Source: Corallochytrium limacisporum Hawaii
Taxonomy: Eukaryota; Protista; Pluriformea
Direction: 5' to 3'
Length of the DNA: 39,873 nt
Assembly (NCBI GenBank): GCA_002811645.1
Contig: PDIP01000124.1
Location: forward strand, 1-39,873
Shown here: one piece after another, positions 1 to 11,390 of the stretch
How the letters are laid out: the number at the start of each line of letters is the position of its first letter
Position numbering within the stretch: position 1 is the first letter of the stretch
The notes under the pieces: generated by a model
What the model saw: only the letters and a program-made list of their open reading frames with translations
Databases searched by the model: none
What the model was told of the DNA's origin: nothing
Program-made: the position numbers and the translations under genes

Positions 1-32
1 CTAACCCTAACCTAACCTAACCTAACCTAACC
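1..32. repeat. Telomere-like repeat tract: one CCCTAA followed by (CCTAA)n, i.e. TTAGGG/TTAGG on the other strand
   Basis: The window begins ctaa-ccctaa-cctaa-cctaa-cctaa-cctaa-cc. The C-rich strand at the 5' extremity is the orientation expected for a left chromosome end. Only about 6 units are visible. Confidence 0.7.
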
Positions 33-2066
33 GTACAAAATTTTCTCGGTGAGGAAACCACCTCATATCGGTTCCCATCTTGTTTCTGTACGATTCCGAA
101 CAATTGTGGTCAACCGGTGGGGTTCCAACGTCTAGTCTTAGGGGCACAGTCAGCTGCCGCAGTTGCAAAAACCGTTTTTTTGTCTGTGCATCTACGACGG
201 TCGCACCGCAGTTTTCTGTAAAAGGAAGGAAAGATCTGTTTTCTTCCAAACCGTAAAAGGGAAGAAAAATGTGTTGGTATCTCTTATCGAATATTAATCC
301 CTACCGAAACGGCCGTCGCACAATTGCGGTTCCTTGTGGCAGGACAGCAGTGGATGTGGCCTCATTGTGTTGTATAAGGGAGTTATGTGTCTGCTCAGAT
401 TGAGCGCGACAAGACCTGACTGTGTAGATGTCATTAGAGGATACTGGACACCTGGAAAGGCTTCATGGACCACACAATCTACCTCCAATGCGATTTTGGT
501 TTATGGACGAGTGTAGGTTGGAGCTCTCGTTAGTCACAGCGAACGAGAGACACAGGCAATGAGGAATAGTCGAGGGTCTTTCCAGTCAAAGCAAGCACCT
601 TCTACGATGCAACGATTGACAGCTACCGGTCTTCTGCCATGCGATCCGATTACAATTCAAGGCTTGGCATGGAGATCTCTTTTCAAACCAAGCCATTTCT
701 TGCGAGTATATGGGTGAGCTATATCAACTGTAAATCTTGTCTTCTTGGTAGACACATCCTAACGTGACGGGAATATTGGATTCCTTGTCCCCAGTGTCCC
801 TCTTTCACCCAGTTTTTAAAATTAGCCTCCCGTCGAACTGGATAGTCTTTGAACTGAACTGCACAACAGCATTACCGCCGGTCATCATCCTAATCCATGT
901 TGGCTTCCCATTCTGCTGTCGTAATTGTAGGTGAGGTAGTTCTGTTCGTGCTTACCCACATGTCTCAAGGTCCTGGGAGATGTCAGTGACGTAGGATATG
1001 AAATTTATGGGGAGTAACTATATGTGCCTCAGAAGTGACACATGATAAACTAAAGAGTGCCAAGAGCGACATTAATTGGCTTTTCGCAACCGTCGTGGAA
1101 TCACGGCGACCACCCGGCACAAAATAATATTCAACCCACCACCATTGTGAAACAGGACCTGGGTGGTTTGCAAGGTTGTCATACCCTCATTTGACTTGGC
1201 CACCCACAGCTCCTGTCAGTCCCCCAACAGTTTCGTCCCCTACGGGAAGGTGAAGTAGGGGGATTGGGTTTTTCCCGCTCTCTCTCCGCCTGCCTTGGCC
1301 AGGCACATACCCCACCGATACGAGGGGCGCGTCCCTGTTGCACGTGAAGGCCCCAGTATTTACCATGGTGAGGTGCTAGATTCTCTGCGGGTCTCATGCG
1401 CGGTGTGCACCGGGAAAAGTTGAAAGGATCAGAGCTACCCTCTCTCCGTCCACCTCCCCGTCTCCTCCGCGGTTTTCCTCTTCGCCTCCTTTTCTGTGCG
1501 CTGGTGGTATATCGCCGGGGCACCTCACCAACCCGGGTGAGCGAGCGATCTGTGGCGACTGGCCCCCCCCCCCCGGGGGGCGGGTGGCCTAACAGAAGGA
1601 AAGTCGATGGAATCCGCGGCTAGTGGTAGGGCTGGCGAACCACTACGGATCGTATAAAGAGAAAAGAAGGCGCCCCGGGGGTAGGGGGCGGACAGAATAG
1701 CTAGGAGATGGAGCTGTAGTTCCCTGTTGTCTTTTTCTGTTGTCTTATTCGTTCACAGAAGTGCTCGGCAAAGGAAGGCTCTCTTACTGTCGGCCAGAAC
1801 CGATCTGTGCGGAGGGGTGCGATCGCTGCCAAGTGCGGGAGTTACTCAGAACCATACTATTGGGAAGAGTCCAGCCGAATATGGGTACTTAAGGAAAACA
1901 CACGCGTCACCTTTCAACCTTTTGATTCTGTGAAGAAGTCCTTGATGGAGCATTCCCATACCCTTGCTATAGTCTGCTACTGTGGTACACACATAGTGTT
2001 CCCCCACTGAAAGAATTTTGGGAATTCCTGAGAGTAGTTACAGTAACTTCTGGTTCCATTAGATTC

Positions 2067-4397
2067 ATGGCAATGGCGCCATTGACAGATTCTCGCAACC
2101 CTGAAACCGTGTCTGAGTTTGATAAAATTCAGCAGATCCATGCCCAGTGTACCACCACCCGCTTTGGCGACGTTGCGGATTCAACGTATCTCGTAGACTT
2201 TAAAGGGCTTGACATCGTTGTGGGTGAAGAAACCAAACTCATAGATCATGCAAACCTCAAGATTGCCCGTGGGTACCGGTATGGCCTTGTTGGTCGCAAT
2301 GGCACTGGCAAGTCCACACTCTTTCAGACCATTGCGCACAAGTTGACTATGGGCGTTAATGAAGACATTCGCATGCTCTACATTAGTCAAGACGAAGGAG
2401 GCGAGGAAGTTTCTGCACTGGCCGCGCTGGGCAAGCAGATCAGTGTGGTTGAGTCCGTCTTAGAGGGAAATCTGCAGCTACGGGATGTTAAAAAGGAAAT
2501 ATCTTTGTTGAACGCGGCCACTGAAGCCGGTGATGACGATCCAGAAACCCTGTGGAACTCCCTGCGAGAGCTTGAAGCGTTCCGGTGGGGCAAATCGCAG
2601 GCTGAGACACGAAAATTAATCCAGGGGACGTCGGGATTTCGCGGCTGGCAGAACCGCATGAACGCAGTGGAAGCTGAAGATACGCACCAGCTTGAGACCG
2701 GTATCAGCAGCAAGCCCCCTACCCCAAAATCTGCACATCAGTCCAAGCAGGCCAGAGCCAAGGCCAAAAAGGCGGCACGCAAAAATCGGCACAGGGGACA
2801 AAAATCTTCTTCTGCCCCCTCCACGGCAGCAAACGCAGAACGTTCCGGTTCTGATACTGAGGATGAGGCAAACACTAGCCTCCATACCAGCCAACAATCT
2901 AAGGCTGGCGAGGAGTATGCACCGGATTACAAGCCGTTCAAGCTGGAAACTGTCCAGCAGGCCGTAAGCTGGGCTCATGAGCAGCTTCAGCTGGCGTACG
3001 AGCAGCTTCAGCTGATTGAAGGTGATCCAGAAGAGGACCTTCACACAGCCCATCGCATCCTCCGTGGTCTTGGCTTCACCAAGGCGCGCCGTGAGGGCCC
3101 GCTCAGTCACCTGAGCGGCGGATGGAAGGTCCGTGCCGCTCTGGCCCGTGCACTATTCGCCAAGCCAGACCTACTGCTATTGGATGAGCCCACAAACCAC
3201 CTGGATCTGCCCACCGTTGTCTGGCTGCAAAAATATCTGGTCGAAGACCTCGGTGATGCTTCTTGCATGCTCATTAGCCACGATCGGTCGTTCCTGAACT
3301 GTGTGGTTGACAACATTATTATCTTGCAGAACCGCAAGCTAGAAATTTTTCCTGGAAACTACGAAGACTACCTGCAGATCACCACGGATCAAAAGAAGCA
3401 CCGTGCTCGCCAGAGGGACAGCCTTGCCCGTGCTCGAAAGCACATGGAAGCGTCTATTGCCCAGGGCAAGCGCATAGCTCGCAAGACCGGTGATGACAAG
3501 AAAGCCCAGATGGCGGCCACACGGCAGAAAAAGCTGGACGAGCGTTTCGGCATTGAAGTTAACCACAAGGGCCACCGATTCAAACTGAATCGTGACCGTG
3601 CCGGGTACCACAATGACATGCGTGACGATGTTGCGGACGAATTTGTGGACAAGGCAGCTCGCATGACTTTGCCCATTCCGAACGAGTTGCGAGGTGCCAG
3701 TCGCAGTTATATTGAAGTCCAGAATGTGTGGTTCAAGTACCCATCAAACAACGACAACGTTCTGGAAGATGTGACCTTGAACATCAGTGCAGGTGATCGC
3801 ATTGGTATCGTTGGCGCGAACGGCGCGGGCAAGAGTAGTCTGATGAATCTGCTAGCGGAAACTCTGCGACCCAGTCGAGGCTCGATCAACCGCCTGCCCC
3901 AGGCAAATCTTGGTTACTTTGATCAGCACGACGTGGAGAAACTACGCTATGACCCGAAGGCAGCCAACAAGACCCCATACGATGCAATTATGGAGGCTGC
4001 GCCCCAGTTCCAGGACTTCCAGGTTCGTGAGATCCTCGGCAATCTTGGAATTCAGCAGAATGCCCTGATGCCTCTGGCGACCCTCAGTGGTGGCCAGCTG
4101 ACCCGTGTGGCCCTAGCTCTGGCCACCATCCACAAGCCACAGATTCTGCTCCTCGATGAACCGACTAATCATCTCGATGCTGACTCTATCGAAGTACTGG
4201 CCGATGTCCTGGCCCCTGCGGGTGAAGACGGCGAAGAGCCCCTGCTTGGGAAATATTGTGCGGTTGTGTTCGTGTCCCATGACGTTGCATTCGTCAATGA
4301 AGTCGCAACCTCGCTGTTTATGGTCAAGAAGAGGCACCTAACTCGCCTGCGTGATATTGACGAGTACCTCGACTTGCTGCTCGCTCGCAAGAAGTGA
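2067..4397 (+). CDS. ABC-F family ATPase (soluble, twin ABC domains, translation-associated), 776 aa
   Basis: Two nucleotide-binding domains: GRNGTGKST / LSGGW / LLLLDEPTNHLD / ISHD and GANGAGKSS / LSGGQ / ILLLDEPTNHLD / VSHD. Inter-domain linker FPGNYEDY. No transmembrane segments. Confidence 0.95.
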   Translation: MAMAPLTDSRNPETVSEFDKIQQIHAQCTTTRFGDVADSTYLVDFKGLDIVVGEETKLIDHANLKIARGYRYGLVGRNGTGKSTLFQTIAHKLTMGVNEDIRMLYISQDEGGEEVSALAALGKQISVVESVLEGNLQLRDVKKEISLLNAATEAGDDDPETLWNSLRELEAFRWGKSQAETRKLIQGTSGFRGWQNRMNAVEAEDTHQLETGISSKPPTPKSAHQSKQARAKAKKAARKNRHRGQKSSSAPSTAANAERSGSDTEDEANTSLHTSQQSKAGEEYAPDYKPFKLETVQQAVSWAHEQLQLAYEQLQLIEGDPEEDLHTAHRILRGLGFTKARREGPLSHLSGGWKVRAALARALFAKPDLLLLDEPTNHLDLPTVVWLQKYLVEDLGDASCMLISHDRSFLNCVVDNIIILQNRKLEIFPGNYEDYLQITTDQKKHRARQRDSLARARKHMEASIAQGKRIARKTGDDKKAQMAATRQKKLDERFGIEVNHKGHRFKLNRDRAGYHNDMRDDVADEFVDKAARMTLPIPNELRGASRSYIEVQNVWFKYPSNNDNVLEDVTLNISAGDRIGIVGANGAGKSSLMNLLAETLRPSRGSINRLPQANLGYFDQHDVEKLRYDPKAANKTPYDAIMEAAPQFQDFQVREILGNLGIQQNALMPLATLSGGQLTRVALALATIHKPQILLLDEPTNHLDADSIEVLADVLAPAGEDGEEPLLGKYCAVVFVSHDVAFVNEVATSLFMVKKRHLTRLRDIDEYLDLLLARKK

Positions 4398-4500
4398 AAC
4401 GATTCGAAACCGAACAATGTGTGCACTTTATACACCCAACCCAACCGGTGAAGCAGCGGTTCTCACGTCTGCAACGATACGACAGATAGCAACCCAAAAA

Positions 4501-4525
4501 GAAAAGAAAAGAAAAGAAAAGAAAA
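4501..4525. repeat. (GAAAA)5 pentanucleotide tract
   Basis: gaaaagaaaagaaaagaaaagaaaa read directly. Confidence 0.9.
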
Positions 4526-5467
4526 ACGAAAAGAAAACAACCATAGCATCTTTGCATTCCCTGCAACACAGCTCTGACCATTCATTTCATTGCGGGCGCT
4601 GCCGGAACCTTGGACGCAGTGATGCAAACGCCCGGACCCGCTCCTCCGTGCCTCTCCCCGCCCCCAGGGGGCTCCCTTTGTTCCATCGTCCCCTTCCCTT
4701 CTTGGGCCCCCCGGGTTGGGAGGGGGGGGGATAACTCACGGGTCCGAGCAGTAGGAAACGCATACCCGCCCTCACCGTGCGGACGGAAAGCAGGACGCGC
4801 ACTGACGGTGGCAGCTAAATATCCGGCAAAATAAGGGGTCCAAAACCAGCCCAAGTGGACAGAGACTCGCCCGGTCCCAAAAAGAAGAAAAAAAAAAGAA
4901 GAAAAGAAAAAAAGAAGAAAAAAAGAAGGAAAGCCGGGGCAGCGTAACGGGGAGTTCTAAGTGCGGCGGGCGCCTTTCATTGCTAGTTATGCCACGGATA
5001 ATATTCTTCCCCCCCCCCCCCCTCCCCTCCCATTCCGAATACGCTTCGGCTTTGAAAATCATCGCATTCCTTGGACAGTGGCCCGCTTCGCTCCCATTCG
5101 GGCCGCCGCAACGATCTTCAGTGAGCGAGGGCTGGCGAGGACCCCGCACAAGGAGTTCATCATGGCCGAATTCGGACAGAATCCGCGATCACATCTCCAT
5201 CACCCCACGATACTAGTTACATTGTTTGGTAAGAGGTTGAACTATGATATGATGCTTGCAAGGTTTGGTAGATGCAAACCATTCAAAATTTTGGGCGTGC
5301 AGTGTGATGAATGTGTATTATACTATGATCATGATATGAGCTGGCTGCTCTGATGACCCAAAGTCTTCGCATGTGGTCATGGACTTCAGTGGATCCCTTT
5401 TTCAGAATGCTTGTGTGTTCAATTGTAAAAGTCGGATTATGTTACATACCCAGATCCTCCGGTGTGT

Positions 5468-6022
5468 TTAGTCCTTGTCAGTGCACATAGCAAAGATCTG
5501 CACAAAGGCTCCGACCGTTGCCATGCACACACCCACACCGATCACGTACGCACCCCATTCCGGATCCGTCTCGAATGAGAAGGCGTTGTCTTCGTGCAGC
5601 AGATACAGGAGAATGATGGCAGCAAGACCACAGCCAGCAGAAACAAAGGCAACGATGGTATTGATGACAATGAGGATGCTAATGCTACGGATACATTCAA
5701 GGAATCCAAGCACAAAGACAACTCCACAGCCCAGCTGGAATAGAAACCACAAGCCACGAGCTGCCTGGAAATTGTCACAGTCATCCCCATTCGGAATGAT
5801 TTGCGGATTGCCCGGCGTGTCGAGCTCACAATTACTGTTAATGTTCTCGCAATCCAGGCCGTCCTCGTCCGTGCAGGACTGCCAGTAACCCAACTTCACT
5901 GACAGAAGTTCATTACTAGAATTTTTCAGCAGAAAAGGACTGGCACCGGCGACAAAGGCGAGAATGGCACCAAGAATAATCAAGGTATAGGCCGAGTTGG
6001 CGCGAGCGTGACGCTTACCCAT
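5468..6022 (-). CDS. Claudin/PMP22-superfamily-like tetraspan membrane protein, 184 aa
   Basis: Four hydrophobic segments. The first loop has GYWQSC...C (like the GLW-C-C signature) and QAAR just before TM2, as in claudin-fold proteins. WGAY precedes TM4. Confidence 0.8.
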   Translation of the reverse strand: MGKRHARANSAYTLIILGAILAFVAGASPFLLKNSSNELLSVKLGYWQSCTDEDGLDCENINSNCELDTPGNPQIIPNGDDCDNFQAARGLWFLFQLGCGVVFVLGFLECIRSISILIVINTIVAFVSAGCGLAAIILLYLLHEDNAFSFETDPEWGAYVIGVGVCMATVGAFVQIFAMCTDKD

Positions 6023-7950
6023 GTTTTCTTTGACTGGTTATGATCGACGACTTCAAGTTTATCTTTTGTGGTTGATGATCTGGTATCAACACGACTATGG
6101 CGGCGGTGGCCGCCCGGTCTTAAGTACCCAAAGACGCGTTAAGCGGCACATCTCCTGTTCACTCTCGAACACACACAGAGCACACCAACACGACAATCCC
6201 ATGACGACCCTGTCTGGTCCAACGGCCGATCAACTGGTAGGCAGATCCCGAGGATTGCAGCGCACTCCAGGCGGCACTGGTATTTGGGTCTTGTTCCGCC
6301 CCCAGGCAACCCACGCACCTTCCGCAGCCACTGCAATTCAGTGAGCATTAAAGCCTTCCACCGACGAAGAAAACGAGTAGAGAACCCCAACGAACGGCAC
6401 ATCCCCACTCGGGGGCCCCGAGGGGGGAAGAAGGGGAGAGGTGATCTTTAGCAGTCCAAAGGGAAAAATGTGACAAAGGCAAATGAGGAAAAATGGGGGG
6501 CTGGGGTCGTTGCAAAGCCACCTGTTTTTTCCTTTTTTTTTCTATTTGTCTCTCACTTTTTCTTCTCGTGGTCGGTCGAAAGTCAGGCATAAACCGTTTA
6601 TGGTCTCTCTCTCCTTGCTCTCGTGTCTCTCTCTCTGCCCTGATTCCCCCTCTTTTTTTTTCCTTTCTGGCGTATGTGGTTCATTTCTTTTGGTAGAGAC
6701 CATGAGCGGGCTGAGCGCAAGCGATGGCAGTGTGAATCGAAAATGCCTGGTGTGAGTAGTAGACAGCATAGAATACAAAGTTCGGGGCGGGTCGGCTCGA
6801 TTTGGTTTTGCCGGGGGAGGGGGGGGCTCTTTGTCTGACACGGTGTGTTATTTTTTTCGGCAGAAAATTTTCTTCCGGTCGGGCATATCAATTCAGTCAT
6901 GCGTCGGATGTAATTGTTCCTCTCTTGGTTCTCTCCTCCCTCCCCTTCTCCCCCCCCTCTCTCCTAAGGCCCCCCTCCGACCTCGCAGGAGGGCTAAGAC
7001 GAAGAAGTGTGATTTCGCCAGTTATTGTGTCATTGTCAACCGAGGAAAGAAATACCTGTGGGTCATTCGTCGCAGGCGGGATGTGTGAATGCAGGAGGCC
7101 GGGCAGGGTGATTCACAGTCCTCCGATAAAAAAAAATGAATGAAATTTATGAAACTTTTTTTCCGATTTCTTTTTCTTTTTCCCCGACCCTGGTTGAAAA
7201 TTGAACTGTAGAGAATCCATGGAATAAGCCCCTCACCGAAGCCTGGGGTCCGGGAATGGACATTATAATGGAACGGGTCCATCCGTCCTTGTGTAATGGG
7301 CACCCCTTATCCATCTTTCGCTGATTCGCTCCCAATTCCCAAACATTGACTACGTGTCTAAGACTTTCCCGTAAGGGAAAGCGTGCAATAATTCGTACTT
7401 ATTGAAAGAGCCACGATGCAGTTTTCATCACGCGACGCACACACACAAAACAAAGCGCTGTACAATTCCCGAAGCTGAGCGCCCAGGCGGGGGTAGGTAG
7501 GCCTCAGTCCGCACGTCCACCAATGTGTTCAGTATGGAACGGACGTCAATGGCAGCCAATGGGACTCATGCGTTCCGACACACGCATGCCTCACCCCCCA
7601 CACCCCCCCTTCACCAAAAAACTGCGACTTCGGCCGTGTGCTCGCCCTACTGGGCCCCCGCACGTTCATGGCAGTCTAATACGCACGGCCGCAACCGCTA
7701 CTAAGCCAGTCTTGGCGGGGGCAATTGCGGTGGTACACCCTAAATTCCCTCGGCTCTCAGTCCATCCGCTTCTGTACCCTACCACCCACGGGCATATTGC
7801 TGCTCTCGGTGGGCCACGGTGTATGCATATTAATTCTATGCGGCTGGGGGACGGAATATTTCCAATGATGTTTAATTTATCTTGTCCTTGTCGCAGCCAT
7901 CTGCCTGGGCTGGCAAACTGGCAAAAATATTCTTCCAAGGTTTTATCATC

Positions 7951-7954
<4 letters not shown>

Positions 7955-8014
<60 letters not shown>
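7955..8014. repeat. (TC)30 microsatellite
   Basis: Perfect dinucleotide run. Confidence 0.97.
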
Positions 8015-8018
<4 letters not shown>

Positions 8019-11000
8019 AAGCGGCCGGTTGGGAAGAGCACTTTGCATAATGAATATTTGAGGTACCGACCAGCAGCTGCGGTGCGGAGGACAAAAGGAC
8101 ACCAGCACCCGTCAGTGACCGCCTCCTAATCGCTCTGCACTATCAGGAATCTGATCCAACTCATTCAAGGTCCATCATCTTTACTTGTTTAGCCAAGCAT
8201 GGTGGGCGACAAAAGCGCAGCAGGTCACTATCATCACTCTGCCATGCGGTAGGGTCTCTCCCAAACACAATTCATCACCGCTCTATGAATCAACAGCGGG
8301 AGGTGCTTCTGTGATGTAGGCGATGGGGTACGGTACAAATCATCACTTCTCCTTAGTTCCACACCGTCCCTCCCCGGACAACTGACACCGTGGGTTTACA
8401 ATGCCGCACCATCGGGGGATCAGAGCTCATGTTGAAGACCCCCTTTCGACACCATGCCGACGCTCGAAAGGTAGATCTTTGCTCTGTGGAACGCCATGTT
8501 ATTAACATGCGCTACGGTACTCTTTTGTGGTTTACCGGAAAAGACCCAGAGTGGCCTGGCTTGGAAGTGCCGGTCAAGGTTGTGGCGAGCAGCTGTTGAT
8601 GCTACCTTCACTTCCGGCCACAGAACTATGTACGCAATCTGTCGCCCTCGGGCCCTTGATGCATGTTCATGGAATGTCCCGTGAACAGTATTGGAGAAAG
8701 CCAGCATGTGTGCGTGTATGTGTGTGTGTGTGTGTGCCTACTGAGTTCAAGTCGCTGTGGATATTTCAACAACGACCAGATATTGGCGGGAACTGCCTCG
8801 AGGGGGAGCGACGGATCCGCCATCGGTCGCCGGACCACTTATCGGAAGTGACTAGTCTAAACTATATTATTAGGGGTACAGGTAATACAACGCAATGCAA
8901 AATATTTTAATCCATATTATCAGGTTTTCAGTTGTAAAGGCGAAATCTCATTAGTGAGGGTTTCAGGTTTGAGAATGAATTGTGTTCAGTTAGGGTTTCC
9001 GTTAATAAAGCAGAGCTGAGGCAAAGAGGCGAGATAAGAGACTCCGCAAGCATTGCGATCAGTTGCGCCCCACTTGGCGCCCAAGCGAGCGTGTTGGTCA
9101 CAAAGGCATCAACTGCCGGCGTGGGTGATTCCCTTGAAAACACCTGGGAGAGCGGCCTTGTCTCTGAGGAGACCATCATGAGCGGGTCTCTGCTGTGTGT
9201 TGAAACGCTAAGGTAGCCACAGTGCCGCTGTGTGCGCGCAACATCCCGCACTCATTCCTGCTGAGTGTCTATGCATATTTGTGCCTCCCGGGACTAGAAC
9301 ATGATACTCAACATCCAGGAGATTCTTACATGATGGGAGGACAGAGATCGTCTAGGGATGACTTTCGGGCGCCCAGTGGCCCATTAGGTGCGCAGCAGGT
9401 AACGGGCGCCCAAAGACTCCCTCCCCTCCCCAATGTCTTGGTGGCTGACCCCTTCCCCAACCCCTACTTTCTTTTGGCCTGATGGTCAGCTGATGGACTG
9501 CGCAATAGTGAATGTATGGGGCATGGGATTTTCACTGCGACAGTCTCTTTTAGCCCTTACCCACCGCAATTATGAGCTCGCCTCATTGTACCACACATGC
9601 TGCGCATACGTACACCGAGTACCGCGGATTCCTGTACTCCGGTTTCACACACACGCACGGCCACGCACGGTGCTGAAGTGCTCAATAGCGGGGCACTTAG
9701 AACGATGTGGAATTCTAGTTTGTCCAACAAAGATTCCGTTTTGTCTTACTAAGACATCTTCGTTGAGATGTTTGCACATGGTAGTTTCTACAACAGATTG
9801 TTCCCAAGCCATGCCCATTTGCGCACCGATCCCCCGGGCCGGCGGATCTCTTCGGTACATCCCGTCCTTAAACTGCGCAACGTTGATGATGCTGCCGTTG
9901 TTGGCAAACAGCTGATGATCAGGTTAGCCTCGTTCGACCTAGCAACATCACCGTCGCTCGATTAATCACTTCAGAATAACTCCTTTCTGGATGAAGGCAG
10001 ACGCAAACCACTAAATGAAAAGGTGTACAAATGCCTCTGATGACAGACACGCAATGGCAACTGACCCATTCCCGACATGCCTCCGCCCCCTCACCAAAGT
10101 ACACTCGCTCACTCGCTCACTCTTTCGGTCTTTTCGCTTCAAAATCGAAACGTTTTGTTCTATGTCTTCCTTTTCTTTTTCTCAAGAGATCTCTTCTCTC
10201 CCGCCGATGGGGGTTTAGGGACGCGAGTTTGTTTGCCTAAGTCTCACAACCCTCCTGCTGAGTTCGAACAAAAGTTGTCAGAATACAAGAATTCTTGTGG
10301 GTTCCACCAAGCAGGGGTGCGGGGACTTTTTGTTTCTCTAATTTCTAGTGTCAGCAGCGCACTCAAAGGCGGTACCGACATTACCAGCTCTCTGTCTTTG
10401 CTCTTCTTCCAGTTTTTCACCGGTGTCCTTTGTCTGTGCCGCAGCTGTGTGACCATTTCTCTTTCTCTCTTCCATTCTGCCATTTGAGCCGGGAAAAGGA
10501 AAAAAAAAAGGAAACGCAACCGAAGAGATTGGACTGGAGAAAAGCTGCATTTATCTTTGCGCTCCCCCTCCCCTTCCTCCCTTCCCTCTTCCCTCCTTTG
10601 CTGACTTGCTCCCCCCATCCCTGACCATCGGGGGACAAAAATAAACTCATCAGAGGGTGCTCTTTTGTCCAATGTGTTTCTATGGCTGTTCGTCCTTCGT
10701 CTTTTGGTTGGTCGGGGATGATTGAGTGTCGTTCTTGAATTTCTGGTGATGTCGAACCTTCGCTCGCGATAAGCCCCAAACCCCGTATTCCGATTTCGTG
10801 CTGACGAAGACAGGTCCTTGCACAAATGGAAAAATTCATTTCAATATATTATACATACCTTATTATTTTTGGCGGCAAGCACATTGGTGACACGCCTTTC
10901 TGGAAAGCCAGGGTGAGGACACACCACCATGCAACAAAGGATGTGCGCGCTCCGCTCTATTTTTATACACCTCCCAACCCTCCTTCCCGATCCTCGCGCC

Positions 11001-11195
11001 GTTTCTGGTCCTCCCTCCACTTCGCTCCCCTCCCCTGCAACTGCCGGCTCTCTTTTTCCGTAGAATAAGTTTTCGTTGGGTGCGTGTGTGTTGTGGGGAG
11101 GCAAATGTGTGGGTTTAGACAGCTGACAGTGACAAGGGGAATCTTTCGGAGAAAAGCAACGACAAAAATAAAAACCCGCCCGCCGCTCCCTCCCT

Positions 11196-11390
11196 NNNNN
11201 NNNNNNNNNNNNNNNNNNNNNNNNNNNNNNNNNNNNNNNNNNNNNNNNNNNNNNNNNNNNNNNNNNNNNNNNNNNNNNNNNNNNNNNNNNNNNNNNNNNN
11301 NNNNNNNNNNNNNNNNNNNNNNNNNNNNNNNNNNNNNNNNNNNNNNNNNNNNNNNNNNNNNNNNNNNNNNNNNNNNNNNNNNNNNNNNNN
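11196..11390. other. Assembly gap (N run)
   Basis: Run of N between C-rich flanks. Confidence 0.99.

Noticed and set aside
33-1200. Possible telomere-associated retroelement or helicase relic
   Set aside because: Only short ORFs are present, with no reverse transcriptase, endonuclease or RecQ motifs recognisable by eye.
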